Both the position numbers and the translations under genes were made by a program. From contig JAQGDQ010000800.1 of the NCBI GenBank assembly GCA_030141605.1, positions 1-64,000 of the forward strand: a stretch of 64,000 nt of DNA. The letters are read 5' to 3'. Below the pieces are notes generated by a model. That model made no database searches. It was not told where the DNA came from and saw nothing but the letters and a program-made list of their open reading frames with translations. Source of the stretch: Tubiluchus corallicola (Eukaryota; Animalia; Priapulida). Positions 14,150 through 26,388 of the stretch are shown in pieces (positions within the stretch are counted from its first letter, which is position 1; each line of letters begins with the position of its first letter).

Positions 14150-15324
14150 CTGATGGAGCATGTAGCCTACGGTCAATTATAAGCGTAACCAAGTGATTCG
14201 AAGCCACAGTTTAACAGCTGAGGGTTTAGTTTATTTTTAATAATAAACTAGCAGTCAAAACTATAAATAGTAAAATAATTAAAGTATATATAATTATACA
14301 TAATTATGTTAAAGCACAAGAAAACCCTTCATAAACATAAAGCTTAAAAATTAGTTTTGAAATTTTATATCACTTACATACTGCCTTTTTGCATGCGGGA
14401 CTTCAATCGGCAGTCACGCTGTATAAATCATGTAAATTTAAACTTCTGCGATGACCGTTTAGGCGCAGCCATTTTGACGATAAGTCATTTGAAAGAAATT
14501 TAGATAACATTGTGTGAAGTTTGAAAAAATAATCAGAGCATTCGTAGCGCACAAGTCACTAACTAAATAAAATTTAAAATTACTGTATCTTGTCAATAAG
14601 ATTAAAAATATGTTTTTTGGTTAGTGAGTGGTGCACCCTGGAGAGTGAGTCAGCGACATTTTACCAATTGGTGAAAACATTTTAAATAATTAATAATTTT
14701 CTTTTGTAGTTGCATAAGTCTTTCTAGCAGGTAAGTGAAAAACTAAGTAACATAGATTTGCACGGAAAGTCTTTTGAGACATAATTTAACACTGCCTTTC
14801 CTTCCCTTGATTTACGTTTGGTACATGACGTCATGTAATGGCGACTTCGGAACAGTATTGCGGGAGATTTAAAATGAAAACAAACTAAAATTCCTTTCAA
14901 TGTGAGTAAGATATACATATAAAATTGCTATAAAGAAATATAATTTTTCAAGGCGATTTTTCTGAAACCTACTTCAGTTACCCCTTTTCTTGTCCTTCAA
15001 GCAATACAATTAACAAAAGGCAGCAACAGTTTGTCTGTCTGTTTGTCTGACCAATTTGTTTGATTTGACTGCATGTTTTTACGTCTTAAGACAAAATGTC
15101 TGCCAGCTGAAAGAAAAAATGTAGCTTAAAAATTAAAAAAAACATTTTAAATTTATTAGTAAAACTAGCAAAGGCCCCGCAAAAAATTTTGCATATAAAT
15201 TCGGTTATAATCAGCAATGCACGAACATCCTACCTAGTATTCGTTTTTTCGGCATGCTGTTAGGTCTCGACTACCATGAACTCGTAATGTTTCTATGAGG
15301 TTATATTCAAGAGTAGATATAAGC

Positions 15325-15738
15325 TCAGATTAACGTCATGCGTCCCATGATGTGGTCGTCTCTTTGGGTAGTCTTCCGCGGACGTCCAGACCGTTTCCTG
15401 TAAGTGCCATCAGTCTCGAATTTGATGACAGCTTGGTGCACGGCTGTCTTGGAAAACCGTAATCTAGTATATCCTTGTTGATGTAAAGTCACGATTTGAA
15501 CCCTCTGAGTCCCACTCAATGACGATTTTTTGCCCATTTTTTGGATCACAAGAAAAATACAAAACGGCCGATCTGTATGGATAGCGGCAGGCAAATGAGT
15601 CACTCTTACTCACTAGACGTACTGTTTCAAACCACTAGCAGTATAATGCAATCAACAAAGAATCTGATGCAATCAGGGTACAGTATGATGAAAATCCCGA
15701 AAACTCGAGCTTGGTCTTAAACTCTTGCAAATGAACTG
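15325..15738 (-). mobile_element. Tc1 5' fragment (paired-HTH N-terminus), same family as 12300-12734
   Basis: Encodes MGKKSSLSGTQRVQIVTLHQQGY...SKTAVHQA...RSGRPRKTTQRDD; shares ~105 bp of terminal sequence with 12630-12736. Confidence 0.85.
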
Positions 15739-15912
15739 TATGAATACTTTATGAGTCGTAATGTTTGAGAGGGGAACATGTGTTCACTACGACCACACGA
15801 CTGTGATCTTCGTATGAGGCCATACACCTGAGAAGATTATGAACCCACTGTGACATCATTATGTTCTCTTACTTGTGACCTTTTATCTATGAGTATCCTC
15901 TGACATCAAAAC

Positions 15913-16883
15913 CAGGGGCAGCTCGTGTATGGATACTGTGGTACTGCAGCGCCCCCTGTCTTTACTCATTATTATCGATAATATTCAATATAATAAATCT
16001 TTTATTCTTTCTTTATACTTGTACCGAACCGGAGCACGTGAAACTAGCATTGTTGCGTCACAGCTCAGGCAATGTGGTGTTTGGCTGTTGTGCGCTTGCG
16101 GCCACGCGCACATGTCTCAGATATTGCGCTGAACTCTAGATAGCAAGGGTACTGTCCCTCACTGCAGAACGTGTTGGCAGTTGTCACGTGCTTAACCCTT
16201 TCATACCCGTTGTATCCCGTGGGATACGAGAATATTTTCTGCCTTTAAAATTAATAAAATTTTAAAACTGATAGTTATTTGATCTGTTAATAGTTATTTT
16301 GATTCAAGCCCATAACAATATACTAAAAATAGTGATAAAATGTCAAACTAGAAAATCTACATAGCATAAAAAACCACACAAGGTACAGTACTTTAGAGAC
16401 GACTTTGTAATGATCAGCATAGCATGCATACTAAATGTCTTAAAATACTTTAAAAAATTATCAGCAGTTGCAAAATGAAGCAGATTTTATGCTTCCATTG
16501 ATTCCCAATGTATCCCGTGCGATACAGGCTATATTTAGCACGCGGGCACAGGTAGAAAAAATAATTATTATGTGTAAACAAGATGGACATACTGAACAAA
16601 AGTACCAAGCCAAAAATTTTTTCCAATTAAAAAATAATTTGGAACTGAAAGGGTTAAAAGCCGTGTACCGCCATGTTCTTGAACTCGAACAGTTTAGGCT
16701 ATTCGTTTTAAAACAAAATTTTTTGTTTAGGATTTTTCAAGTTTTTGTATAAAATTGTTCGTTTGTTTAAAATTACAACATTACAAAATTACATATGTTT
16801 ATTTCGTTATACACAGTATTAAAACAATGGCTATTTTTTAATTTTGCCGCACCCCTACTAATTTTAGCTACGAGCTGCCACTG
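15913..16883. mobile_element. Non-autonomous hAT element
   Basis: TIRs CAGGGGCAGCTCGT / ACGAGCTGCCACTG; 8-bp TSD atcaaaac/attaaaac. Confidence 0.75.
16196..16653. mobile_element. piggyBac-like MITE, copy 2 (nested in a hAT MITE)
   Basis: TTAA|CCCTTTCA ... TGAAAGGG|TTAA. Confidence 0.85.
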
Positions 16884-16935
16884 ATTAAAACCATCATTTT
16901 TTACACCTGAATATCACGAGTTTCATATTAGCATT

Positions 16936-17365
16936 TGTGAAAGTCATGTTTAAAGTTGTATATCACTCACATTGTTTGATTGAGTTTAGGCAAAGAAGTA
17001 TGAACAAGAATAAAGAATCTATAAAAAATATTTGCATTGCACAAAACCGAAAAGTGTTTATTAAACTAAAGACACATGAGTAACATGACTGCTGCACAGT
17101 ACAGTGAGAATGAGAGTGTCCTGCACTGAACACTGAGAGTTAGACAGTGACTAGAAAGTAAAACCAGTACGTATATATAGGTACAGGTGACCTATGCAGA
17201 CTTGCAAAGGCTTCACAACAACCATTACTTAAAAATAGGGAGAGAACCAGTGAATATGCATTCACTGGACTATAAAATTATACTGGGGGTAAGTAGCTGG
17301 TAGAGTAACAGGATTAGTTCATAGATGGCAGCACCTAATTAAAATGTACAATTACAACTTCCACA
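16936..17365 (-). mobile_element. Solo LTR (same family as 7272-7639)
   Basis: TGTGAAAGT...ACTTCCACA ends, perfect 5-bp TSD GCATT; reverse-complement similarity to 7272-7639. Confidence 0.8.
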
Positions 17366-18265
17366 GCATTTTATGACCTCATGCTGAGCTTGGTGTGCGG
17401 TAAAAATGGCACAGGTAAAAATGACACAAAAAAGGCTACATTCCCTGACCTCATATCTTGTGGTGGCTTTACTCCCTGAAAATGAAATCATTGCTTATTA
17501 ACTTTTTTCAAAAGGTGATGACACACGAACTGCAGATATTTCACTCCTCTTTGGAAGTTCAGAACAATGACATTGTTAAATGCGAGGTAGAACAATGGCG
17601 ATTAATCTATTTTTCGGCTTTTTTTTTGCAAAATTAATACTCTCATTTCTCAAGAACAGGAACGGGCCGGGGGCGGAGCCGGCCATGGATGAATAGCCCG
17701 TTCAGTGGTAGGTGTCATAGGCGTATTTAGAATTCGCGAGAGGGCCACGGCGTCCTGTAACGGACGTTTTCCCGGGCCCAACTCGCGATTTTCTCGAAAT
17801 TTTGTTCAAACAGCGTATAGAAAAAACGTTCTAGCGGCGTTCAGTGGAACTCTCGGAAGGAGATATACAGCTCTTTAGAAAGAGGAAGAACAGAGCTACA
17901 CGATGATGTGGGCTATATTTTAGTAATCGTCCACCAAGAGGAGTACCGACGAGTTAATTAGATGTTCTATTTTTGGCAATTTTCGCTTGGAAAACTGCTG
18001 ACGCAAAGCCATTGTTCTGACGTCATCCATTATACTCTGCCTATAAATTTAATTCAGTAAAAGCTGCTGCTGCTGGTTTTGCGTTAGATAAACAAACGAA
18101 CACTAGGTAGAATTTTCGCGCATTGTTGATTATATGCAATAATCATATGCAATAAGTGGATTTATATGCAATATGCAATAAGTGGATTTATACGCAAAAT
18201 AATTTGCTGGGGCCTTGCTAGTAGAAATATTAATACAGATGTTAATTCATTAGCTTTGTTTTCAG

Positions 18266-18940
18266 ACAATAACTTTGTTTGTGATTGCGACGTTGCCTGG
18301 ACAAAAGTTCTGCCTTGGAAAGTTTCCGTCGTTCATTGCGCCATACCAAGTCATGGTTATGACAACCCGGTCACAGCAGAATTTTTTATACCTTGCGAAG
18401 ACCACACAAAACCACCTGCAAATTCTGAATGTGGACGAATATTGTCTGATTGTGAATACGTTTCGTATTCTCCCTGCGAGATGAAGTGCGGATTAAATGG
18501 CGACTTGTTCCCACAAAATGAATTATTAATCAGAAAATCACTTCCAAAAAACAAGAAGGTCAAATCGTTGTGGCTGTACAACCTGAAAATGAGCTCATTG
18601 CCCATTGGCTTCCTTCAAGACGTGAAGATACATGAGTTACAGATACGTAAATCAACTCTGGAGATAATACCCAACGATACTATTGCATGTGATGTGGAAA
18701 AATTGCGATTTATTGCGAACCCTTACCTTGAACAAATAAATGATATTGCTTTCTTTCCACTATCCAACCTTACTGAACTGGAAATTTCACATGCTTATCG
18801 TCTCACTTCCTTGGGGGTGCTAGATTTTGAGCTAAGTAACTTAGGGGTGTTTTCAATACATTCGACCAATCTGACTCACATACCGAGACCGAAATTGAAT
18901 CCTTTGAGGGCTGCAGATGAGCTAATCATCATACTAATTG
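18266..18940 (+). CDS. LRR protein 1, exon 2 (LRRCT A, N-cap B, LRR module B)
   Basis: Acceptor ttttcag|AC gives DNNFVCDCDVAW (LRRCT). Second cap CGRILSDC..PCEMKCG, then LRRs. Phase-1 donor G|GTAAGT at 18941. Confidence 0.88.
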
Positions 18941-19368
18941 GTAAGTTTTTTCAAATTACATTTTTTTGCTTTTACGGGCATGCCCTAAAAGTTTCCAAAG
19001 TGTTTCGGCTCCCATTTTAGGCTACAAACACAACAATGTTTTAGGAGATTTTTGTTAAACATCTTTGGTTGCTTCATTTGCTGCTGTTTTTCAACTGACA
19101 ATTTGCCAAACTATTAATTTTTGGGCTAAAGGTTACAGTTCCACACATACGCAATTAATTGTGAAGCTCGTGAAGAGGATCAGAGTTTTAGTATTAGGAT
19201 TAGGATTAGGGTTAGGATTAGAGTTAGTAGAGTTTCCACAGAATTTTAAAATAAATTTCCTTGACTTTTCCCTGTCCAAATATTAATTTTCCGTGATCAT
19301 GATAAACAGAAATTGCATAGCCAGTCATAACCAGCATGACCAGTTAGTCAGAGAGTTTACTGTGCAAC

Positions 19369-19942
19369 TGCCAGTGAATTAGTGAGTGCCTGTCAGTGAG
19401 TTACTGAGTGTCTGCCAGTGAATTCCTGAGTAACTACCAGTGAGTTACTGAGTGCCTGCCAGTGAATTACTGAGTGACTACCAGTGAGTTACTGAGTGAC
19501 TACAAGTGAGTTTCTGAGTGACTACTGGTGAGTTTCTGAGTGCCTGTCAGAGAATTCCTGAGTGACTACCAGTGAGTTACTGAGTGCCTGCCAGTGAATT
19601 ACTGAGTGACTACCAGTGAGTTACTGAGTGACTACCAGTGAGTTTCTGAGTGCCTGTCAGTGAGTTACTGAGTGACTACCAGTGAGTTGCTGAGTGTCTG
19701 TCAGCGAGTTACTGAGTGACTACCAGTGAGTTGCTGAGTGACTACCAGTGAATTACTGAGTGACTACCAGTCAGTTGCTGAGTGACTAGCAGTGAGTTAC
19801 TGAGTGACTACCAGTGAATTACTGAGTGACTACCAGTGAGTTGCTGAGTGTCTGTCAGTGAGTTACTGAGTGACTACCAATGAGTAGCTGAGTGTCTGTC
19901 AGTGAGTTACTGAGTGACTACCAGTGAATTATTAAGTGACTC
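19369..19942. repeat. 22-bp minisatellite GTGAGTTACTGAGTGACTACCA, about 26 units
   Basis: Read directly; units vary internally. Confidence 0.95.
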
Positions 19943-20301
19943 AGCTTCTGTAATTTTCAAAACATCCAATGCTTCACTAAACCAGGAAGCTTTTTTAACT
20001 AGGTGACATTTCTGGCTGGTACCCAATGCCGGTGCTTGGAAGTGCAGGGCCCAATTAGAAAATTGTCTGTGGTGCCCTCTACCGTACAAAAGCTCAAAAA
20101 TTGATGTCTTATGCTTTCCGGAAATATTCAAATATCTGAGCCAGGAACAAGCTACAACAAGAAATATATTCGTAGCTTTAATCCTGAATGGTAACAACGC
20201 GTTGTTGTCCTTCCCATGTTTGCTGTTTGGAGGTCATGTAACGTTTCTGAATGTAATTTTCTGAAGTCCCAACCCGAATAATTTTAGCTAGGAGCCGCCA
20301 C

Positions 20302-20645
20302 TTGCTTCGTGTAGTTTGCCAGTCCCAGCTATGCCTCTCTAGGGCTCACGCCTGGGCAAGGTGTATGGAGATCCTGAGTTGCCCAGACCGCAGGAACCCC
20401 CTCTCTTCCTCCCTGGTGTAGTCCAAAGGAAAGTGGAGCGATACGTTTGGCACCAGGTTGGCTGCAGGAGCTGCCGGAGTCAGTGAGCATGCTGCACTGG
20501 TCCGCCTTTGGGGCTCCACTTCTGATTTGGAAGGTTTACTCCTCTACACATGGCCGTTGGGTCACTTGACCTCCTCCGCTCTCTAGCCATTGGCTGCTTG
20601 TGCAGCTCCTCCGCCTAGTGTCGAGATACAGTGTGGGCATCCTGC
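20302..20645 (-). mobile_element. GC-rich body fused to the 5S 3' end; possible SINE3 body or RTE 5'UTR-like sequence
   Basis: An abrupt GC-rich block contiguous with the 5S 3' end. Its resemblance to RTE LINE 5'UTRs is recalled, not searched. Confidence 0.4.
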
Positions 20646-20765
20646 AAGCCTACAGCACCTGGTATTCCTAGGCGGTCACCCATCCAAGTACTAACCAGGC
20701 TTTACGTTGCTTAACTTCGGTGATCAGACGAGAACCGGTGTTTTCAACGTGATATGGCCGTAGTA
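20646..20765 (-). rRNA. 5S: 5S rRNA sequence (orphan copy; pseudogene or SINE head)
   Basis: Reverse complement reads CTACGGCCATATCACGTTGAAAACACCGGTTCTCGTCTGATCACCGAAGTTAAGC...GTTAGTACTTGGATGGGTGACCGCCT...GTGCTGTAGGCTT. Box A, IE and Box C are present; there is no oligo-T terminator. Confidence 0.9.
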
Positions 20766-21026
20766 CTCCACCATTAGCCACAATGATATGTAGTAAAAAT
20801 TGAAAACCTGTATGAAATATTTCATATTTTATTACAAGTCGAGATATATACTGACATACTGTACTTTTTAAACACCTACCGAAATTTCAAAACAAACAAT
20901 CAATAAAAACATTGAAGCATCGATATACGATAGTCAGACTGAATGGTTTCACTGCGTTCACACTATCAAGAATTTTCGTATACACTGGATGCTCATTCAT
21001 TTATCATAGAATTCTCAACTCAAGCG

Positions 21027-21092
21027 TGTAGCGGTAGCAGTAGTGGTAGCGGTAGCAGTGGTAGTAGCAGTAGCGGTAGCGGTAGCGGCGGC

Positions 21093-21157
<65 letters not shown>

Positions 21158-21180
21158 CAGTAGCAGTAGTAGTAGTAGTA
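21027..21180. repeat. (AGC)n/(AGT)n trinucleotide repeat
   Basis: Read directly from the sequence. Confidence 0.95.
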
Positions 21181-21675
21181 AAATCTTTATTTGCCATTTT
21201 AAAAACATTGACTATCATAATAAAAAGACAGACAATCAGTGTTAGTTCATAAAAAACATGCACTGTTTTTAGCAAATGCATCTGGTGCAAGCTAAGCTAT
21301 AAGTGCAACTAGAAATTTAAAAATAAAATATAAACTAGTTTAGTAAGGTCTAGGAAAAATGAAATTATGATTTGAGTAAGTATCATCGTGTTCGTATGAC
21401 GGATATTCAAAACGAGTCATTAAATGTTTTTTTTAAATTTAGACTTGAATTTTGATAAAGAGCTGCTGTGTTTTAGTGATGTCGGTAATGAGTTCCAAAG
21501 TTGTATTGCTCGCTTAGTAGTGGAATTCTTTCCATATTGATTGTTCGTTCTAATGTTTCTTAAATTTAGTGTTCTGTTATTCATACTGGGGATTTCAAGA
21601 AGTGGGAGCTTATTGTTTTTGAAAGGAGAATTAATATTGTTGATATATTCATAGAGAAACAAGAGAGTTTGATAA
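21181..21675 (-). mobile_element. LINE 3' fragment related to 911-1306, ending in a trinucleotide tail
   Basis: Encodes QLWNSLPTSLKHSSSLSKFKSKFK; AATAAA just before the (ACT)n/(GCT)n tail. Confidence 0.7.
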
Positions 21676-21898
21676 TCTCTGTGCGCTTCTCTTTGGGTGT
21701 GGCCTCTCTTGGCGCAGGGCCAAATTACAAGAAATCTATCAAATTGACTCAAAACCTCCCTGCTGGTTTCAAAAATTACTAGACCAGTGTCCTAGTTGTG
21801 AGCTTAGTGCCCTCCCACAATTCACAAGGAAATGTACTCCAAAAAAATCAATAATCCTATAACACCCTCTTAAAAAATTTACATAATATTTGCTTTAG

Positions 21899-22128
21899 AC
21901 AATCCGTTGGACTGCAACTGCTCTATGGCGTGGTTGAAGGATGAGTCGTGGTTAAACGTGACGTTTGACTGTAAAAATCCACCCAGGAAACATGACAAGA
22001 ATCCAATCAAAGATCTGAAAGATTTTGGGTGCCCAGAGCTAGCTAAAGCAAATGTTAACACTAGTTCTGCTGTCATCTTTATACTCATCGTTAGCCTTAA
22101 CTGCCTGCAGGTTGCTAATGCTAAATAG
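21899..22128 (+). CDS. LRR protein 1, exon 3 (LRRCT B plus hydrophobic, possibly GPI-signal C-terminus); spliced product 496 aa
   Basis: Acceptor gctttag|AC gives DNPLDCNCSMAWL; the exon ends NTSSAVIFILIVSLNCLQVANAK*. Exon lengths 586+675+230 = 1491 nt, in frame. Confidence 0.85.
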
Positions 22129-22362
22129 GCCTGTATAAATTACGTTCCTTCTAGAGATTAATTACCAATGATTTAATATCTTTGTGATTATGTAATATGA
22201 AAACACTAAATCTGAATAAACAACAGCGCCACTGTGAAATGTTATTATTTATTTGGAAATGACTGGAAAACAGCGCAGATAAATTTTTATTTATGTATAA
22301 TGTGACGTGGCGGTCACTTGACGGCTTTATAGAAAAGTCACATCATGGCTTTATAACATTAT

Positions 22363-22851
22363 TGTGGATGCGTCCAGTCCAGGCAAAGAAACGGCAAAAA
22401 TCAGTATTGAACTGTTTATTGGACAGTATTGAAGAGCAATTTATTAAAATAACTGATCACGAAAAGTGCTTAAGAACGTGCTAAAGCTTATTACTATTTA
22501 GACAAAATGAAAAGTTAGATTTAAGAAGACTGAAACACAAATTATTACTTTATGATTCTAGAGATTTGAAGCAATTCTAACCAATTTAAACTATTAACTA
22601 ATTATTAAAGTAGATGGTGACTTACATTTACTGGTGACAACTTTGGCTTGAAAATACAAATAAGAGACTGTTAAATTGTAACAAAATAGACAAAGCAATG
22701 CAAGTATCACCAAACGGCATGATTAGCATAGCGGCAACAGAAAATCTAACTACGTGTAAGAACAAGTGTGATTGATAGGTGGCGTATACTACTAAAGCTT
22801 AGGTCACATGACTAAGGCTGGCTTCGTTTTAAACACTTTCAGGAAATGCAT
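22363..22851 (+). repeat. Left arm of a ~480-bp inverted repeat
   Basis: Reverse complement of 28263-28738 with high identity (e.g. GCTTAGGTCACATGACTAAGGCTGGCTTCGTTTTAAACAC). Confidence 0.9.
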
Positions 22852-24136
22852 ATTTGTAAAAATGCGAAGAGAAAACAAAAAATGATAGAATGCTAGATTA
22901 AATTGCTTGACACCAACAAGTATGCAATGGCTGAATACAATAAAAACAGAAAAAAGGTGTCAAAGGACACATAAGAGACATTGCTATATAGTTTACAATT
23001 TTACAATTTTACAATTTTACAAGATCAAAATTTGGAAAGCGTGTTGTACTGCAGTTTTTGAAAACGCCAAGTTAATCAACCGACAAAGATTTGGCACTAA
23101 CTCTGCAAATACCTGCAAGAAGTTCAGAAATGAATTCGTCTCGGCAAGAGGTTTAACTCTACAAAAGTCCTAATCAATTGCACTGCATACGAGATTATTC
23201 TAAATTTCAAACTTTCAGCTGGTAGTTTACAACCCTTAGAAGGCATGTACTACTGTACAACTAATCTCTTAAAATACTGTCAGCAAGAAAGGACCAAATG
23301 TACCGCAATGAATTCTTTATTTTACTTTGAAAGAAACGGGCAATCAGTCCAGTTGCTTGAGAACAGGGGTAATGTGATCATATTTACGAGTACCTAGTTA
23401 ATTCGAGCTGTTGTTCATCACTCTATGTTATTGTTGAGCTGAGATAATCCACGTTGAAGTTGATGTGCAGGCTGTGCAGTGAAAAACATGACCTTGAGAA
23501 AATCAATGTTAAAGTTAGCTAATTTTTTGTTGCGTTCTACAAAACACTTAACAACAGCACGAAAGTGTGGTTGTTATGGACTTTGCAAAAGTGAATTGAA
23601 GTTCAGCTTAAATCCCACAGATGGCTCTTCGAAACGAAGGTCCGGGCTTGGCAACAGAAAAAACCGTAAGCAAAATGACAGCTTCCACGAGCTATTATCA
23701 GAGTTTGAAAATGTTTTGAAAAACAAAGAACTTACTAGTTTTTAAGCAGATAAAATTAAATTTTCTAAACTAATTCCTGATGTTTTGGCGTAAGAACATA
23801 GAAGTCCTATATATCTAATGCTTGTGTTTGTGAAAAACAAAAAAAAGATATTTTATCCAATTTTTGATGCACTGTCTTTGAAGCACCATAATGTTATTTT
23901 ACTGGAAGCGTTTAGTATGCATACGTGACGTTATATTACGTACTAAACACTTCCAGTAGTTTCTATCTGATATGAAATGCATTAGTCTTAAATATTCGTA
24001 CATTAATATTTTCTAACCGTCATTTTCTACTAATGTCTAATGTAATCTCGTAGTAAAACTTGTCAGCTTGTCTAGTTATAGTCTATTCTTACTGTAAATG
24101 TTTTTGTAAATAGTGCATAAAGAGTAAAGAGAACCT

Positions 24137-24456
24137 GTTAAATTATGTTAAAAGCATTAGATTATGATAAATAATTATGTTGAAGGATACTGGTATAAAG
24201 CCAGTTAAGGAGTGGTGTCACGTGAGTAAGTGATTCAGAATTGAGGTGCCGGGGCTCCGCGCACGATGTATAAGGCGTGCGAGGCCTCCAGCTCAGAGAT
24301 TGGAATCAGATTGAGTCTGGGAGCCGGAGCGTAGAGAGCCGTTAGATCAGGGGCTTGGTATTGCTATTTGTTATATTTATTGTTTAACAAACGTGTAGTT
24401 TTATAGTCAGGCTCTTCATAGTTTTGCCATTCCTAGAGCATCAATAATCAGCTATA
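24137..24456 (+). mobile_element. Solo-LTR-like repeat; second copy at ~62128-62315
   Basis: TGTT...ACA boundaries; clear similarity to 62110-62335 including the flanks. Confidence 0.5.
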
Positions 24457-24602
24457 CACAACCAATGCAACGCATTATCCACTATACAACGAAATTATTT
24501 TTACTTAAAGTCTGTTGTGGTGAAGATCCAAAATCATGTTGTTCAAACTGTCTGATCCAATCCTATAACAAATTATGTTTAAACTGTTTTAACTATGCCG
24601 CC

Positions 24603-24841
24603 TTATGGACGGATTTGGTTTGCAGGCACACACATAACTGCAAAAGTAGCACAGAGAAACGGAAAGTCACAATGAATCATGGAGTCCATGGCAGCAGATG
24701 TTGTTCCGTCACAGCCAAATTCAAATTCCATGATTGGGTCACTTTTGTGGTTTCTATCTGGCTCAGCACAATCAATGAGACTTTCCTTCCAGTCGCGCTC
24801 TTTTATCCAAGCCATTGTACAATTACAGATAAGTAAATTAT
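24603..24841 (-). CDS. LRR protein 2, exon 2 (LRRCT plus hydrophobic tail); spliced product 284 aa
   Basis: Acceptor ttttttcag|AT gives NNLLICNCTMAWIK...DC..P...FGC, homologous to exon 3 of gene 1. Exon lengths 616+239 = 855 nt, in frame. Confidence 0.85.
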
Positions 24842-24969
24842 CTGAAAAAAAAGAAACTTACAATGTAGTTTCTAGGATGCAAAAAGTAATAAAGAAACGC
24901 GAGACGAACGGGGAGCCTGTACAAAATTATAAATTGATTCTAATAACTTAGCAATGACTCTGACGTAAC

Positions 24970-25679
24970 GGTGACCGGTAATAAAGTCACAGGGAAAAAG
25001 TCACAGAAAAAAGTCACAATTTTAGATAGGAAAAAGGTCACAAGAAAAAAGTCACAATTTTAGATAGGAAAAAGGTCACAAGAAAAAAGCCACAAATAAT
25101 TTACAGTGACCGGAAAAAGACAACTTTGGCTAGAAAGTCTTAGCAAAAAAGTCACAAATAATTCATAGTGGCCGGAAAAAATAACAATTTTGGCTACAAA
25201 AAAAGCTCACAGTAAAAAATCACAAATAATTTCTAGTGGCCAGAAAACGTCAAGTTTGGCTAGAAAAGACTCTTAAGAAAAAGGTCACAAATAATTCATG
25301 GTGGCTGGAAAAACTTCACAATTTTGGTTAGGAAAAGTCACAAATAATTTATAATGGCCCCGAAAAAAATCATAATTTTGGTTAGGAAACAAAGTCGGGT
25401 GAGCAAACAAAAATATTGTCAGTCACAATTTATTTAGTTACCATAAAAAATTAAAGTAGTAAAACAGAAAATATTTTGAATCAGTTATACAATGGCAATA
25501 CATGACTTACACGTTTCGATAATGTTCACTTGTGATGGCAAAGATGCATGTCAAAAAAAACAAGGTTTTGTTCAGTATCTTATGGATAGAGGCTAGAGTT
25601 AGGACTAGGATTAGGGATCTTGTTTCCTTGTGATTTTTTTACATATGATTTTTTACCTGTGGCTTTTTCACCTAGATTC
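24970..25679. repeat. AAAAAGTCACA-rich element with inverted distal motifs, in the LRR gene 2 intron
   Basis: Tandem AAAAAGTCACA units; inverted TGTG(A/G)CTTTTT-like motifs near 25630-25670. Confidence 0.6.
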
Positions 25680-26388
25680 AATATAACACTCGAATTTTTT
25701 GTGGTGTGAACACATACTAGAGCCTACTGTTCTCTTGAAATTGTACTTCACAGCACTTTTGGCCAGCAGTTCCCTTCAGTAACTTCTTATATTTGATAAT
25801 CATTTGGTCGCCCCTCATCAATTGATAATTATTATAAATGTGTATATAATCTTTTAAAATACTGTCAGCAAGAGAGGATCAAATGTACCCCAATGAATTC
25901 TTTATTTTACTCGGAATCAGTGCCGTTTCAAGAGAACAGGGGTAATGTGATCGAATAACATTTACGAGTACCTAGTATTAATTCGAGCTGTTGTGTTGCG
26001 TGCACGTTGTAGTTTTATCAAACTGATATTGAGGAATACCAAAAACTATACTTTTTGGTATTCCTCAGTATCACATAGGTAAACTGCAACATTTACACCA
26101 CACAGCGCCTCGAATTATTACAGGCACTCATAAGTATGATCACATAACCCCTATTCTCATGCAAATGCACTGATTGCCGTTTCTTGAAGAGTAAAATTCA
26201 AAATTCTTTTGTTAAAATTCAGAGCTCTGAATGGTTTAGCATCCTCCCATATTTGTGATTTTTTGAAGCCGTGCGTGCCCAAATGTAATCTTAGGTCGAT
26301 TAATTCATCAATTGATAATTATGTATTATAAAATTGAGAATATCTATGTGTATATAGGTGCACAATATACTAACAAATTAGTACTTAC

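Noticed and set aside
18166-18265. ATG start of the 284-aa ORF as an independent gene
   Set aside because: No signal peptide; homology begins at the acceptor at 18265, so this part is intronic.
19369-19942. CRISPR-like or coding repeat
   Set aside because: A plain 22-bp intronic minisatellite without spacers.
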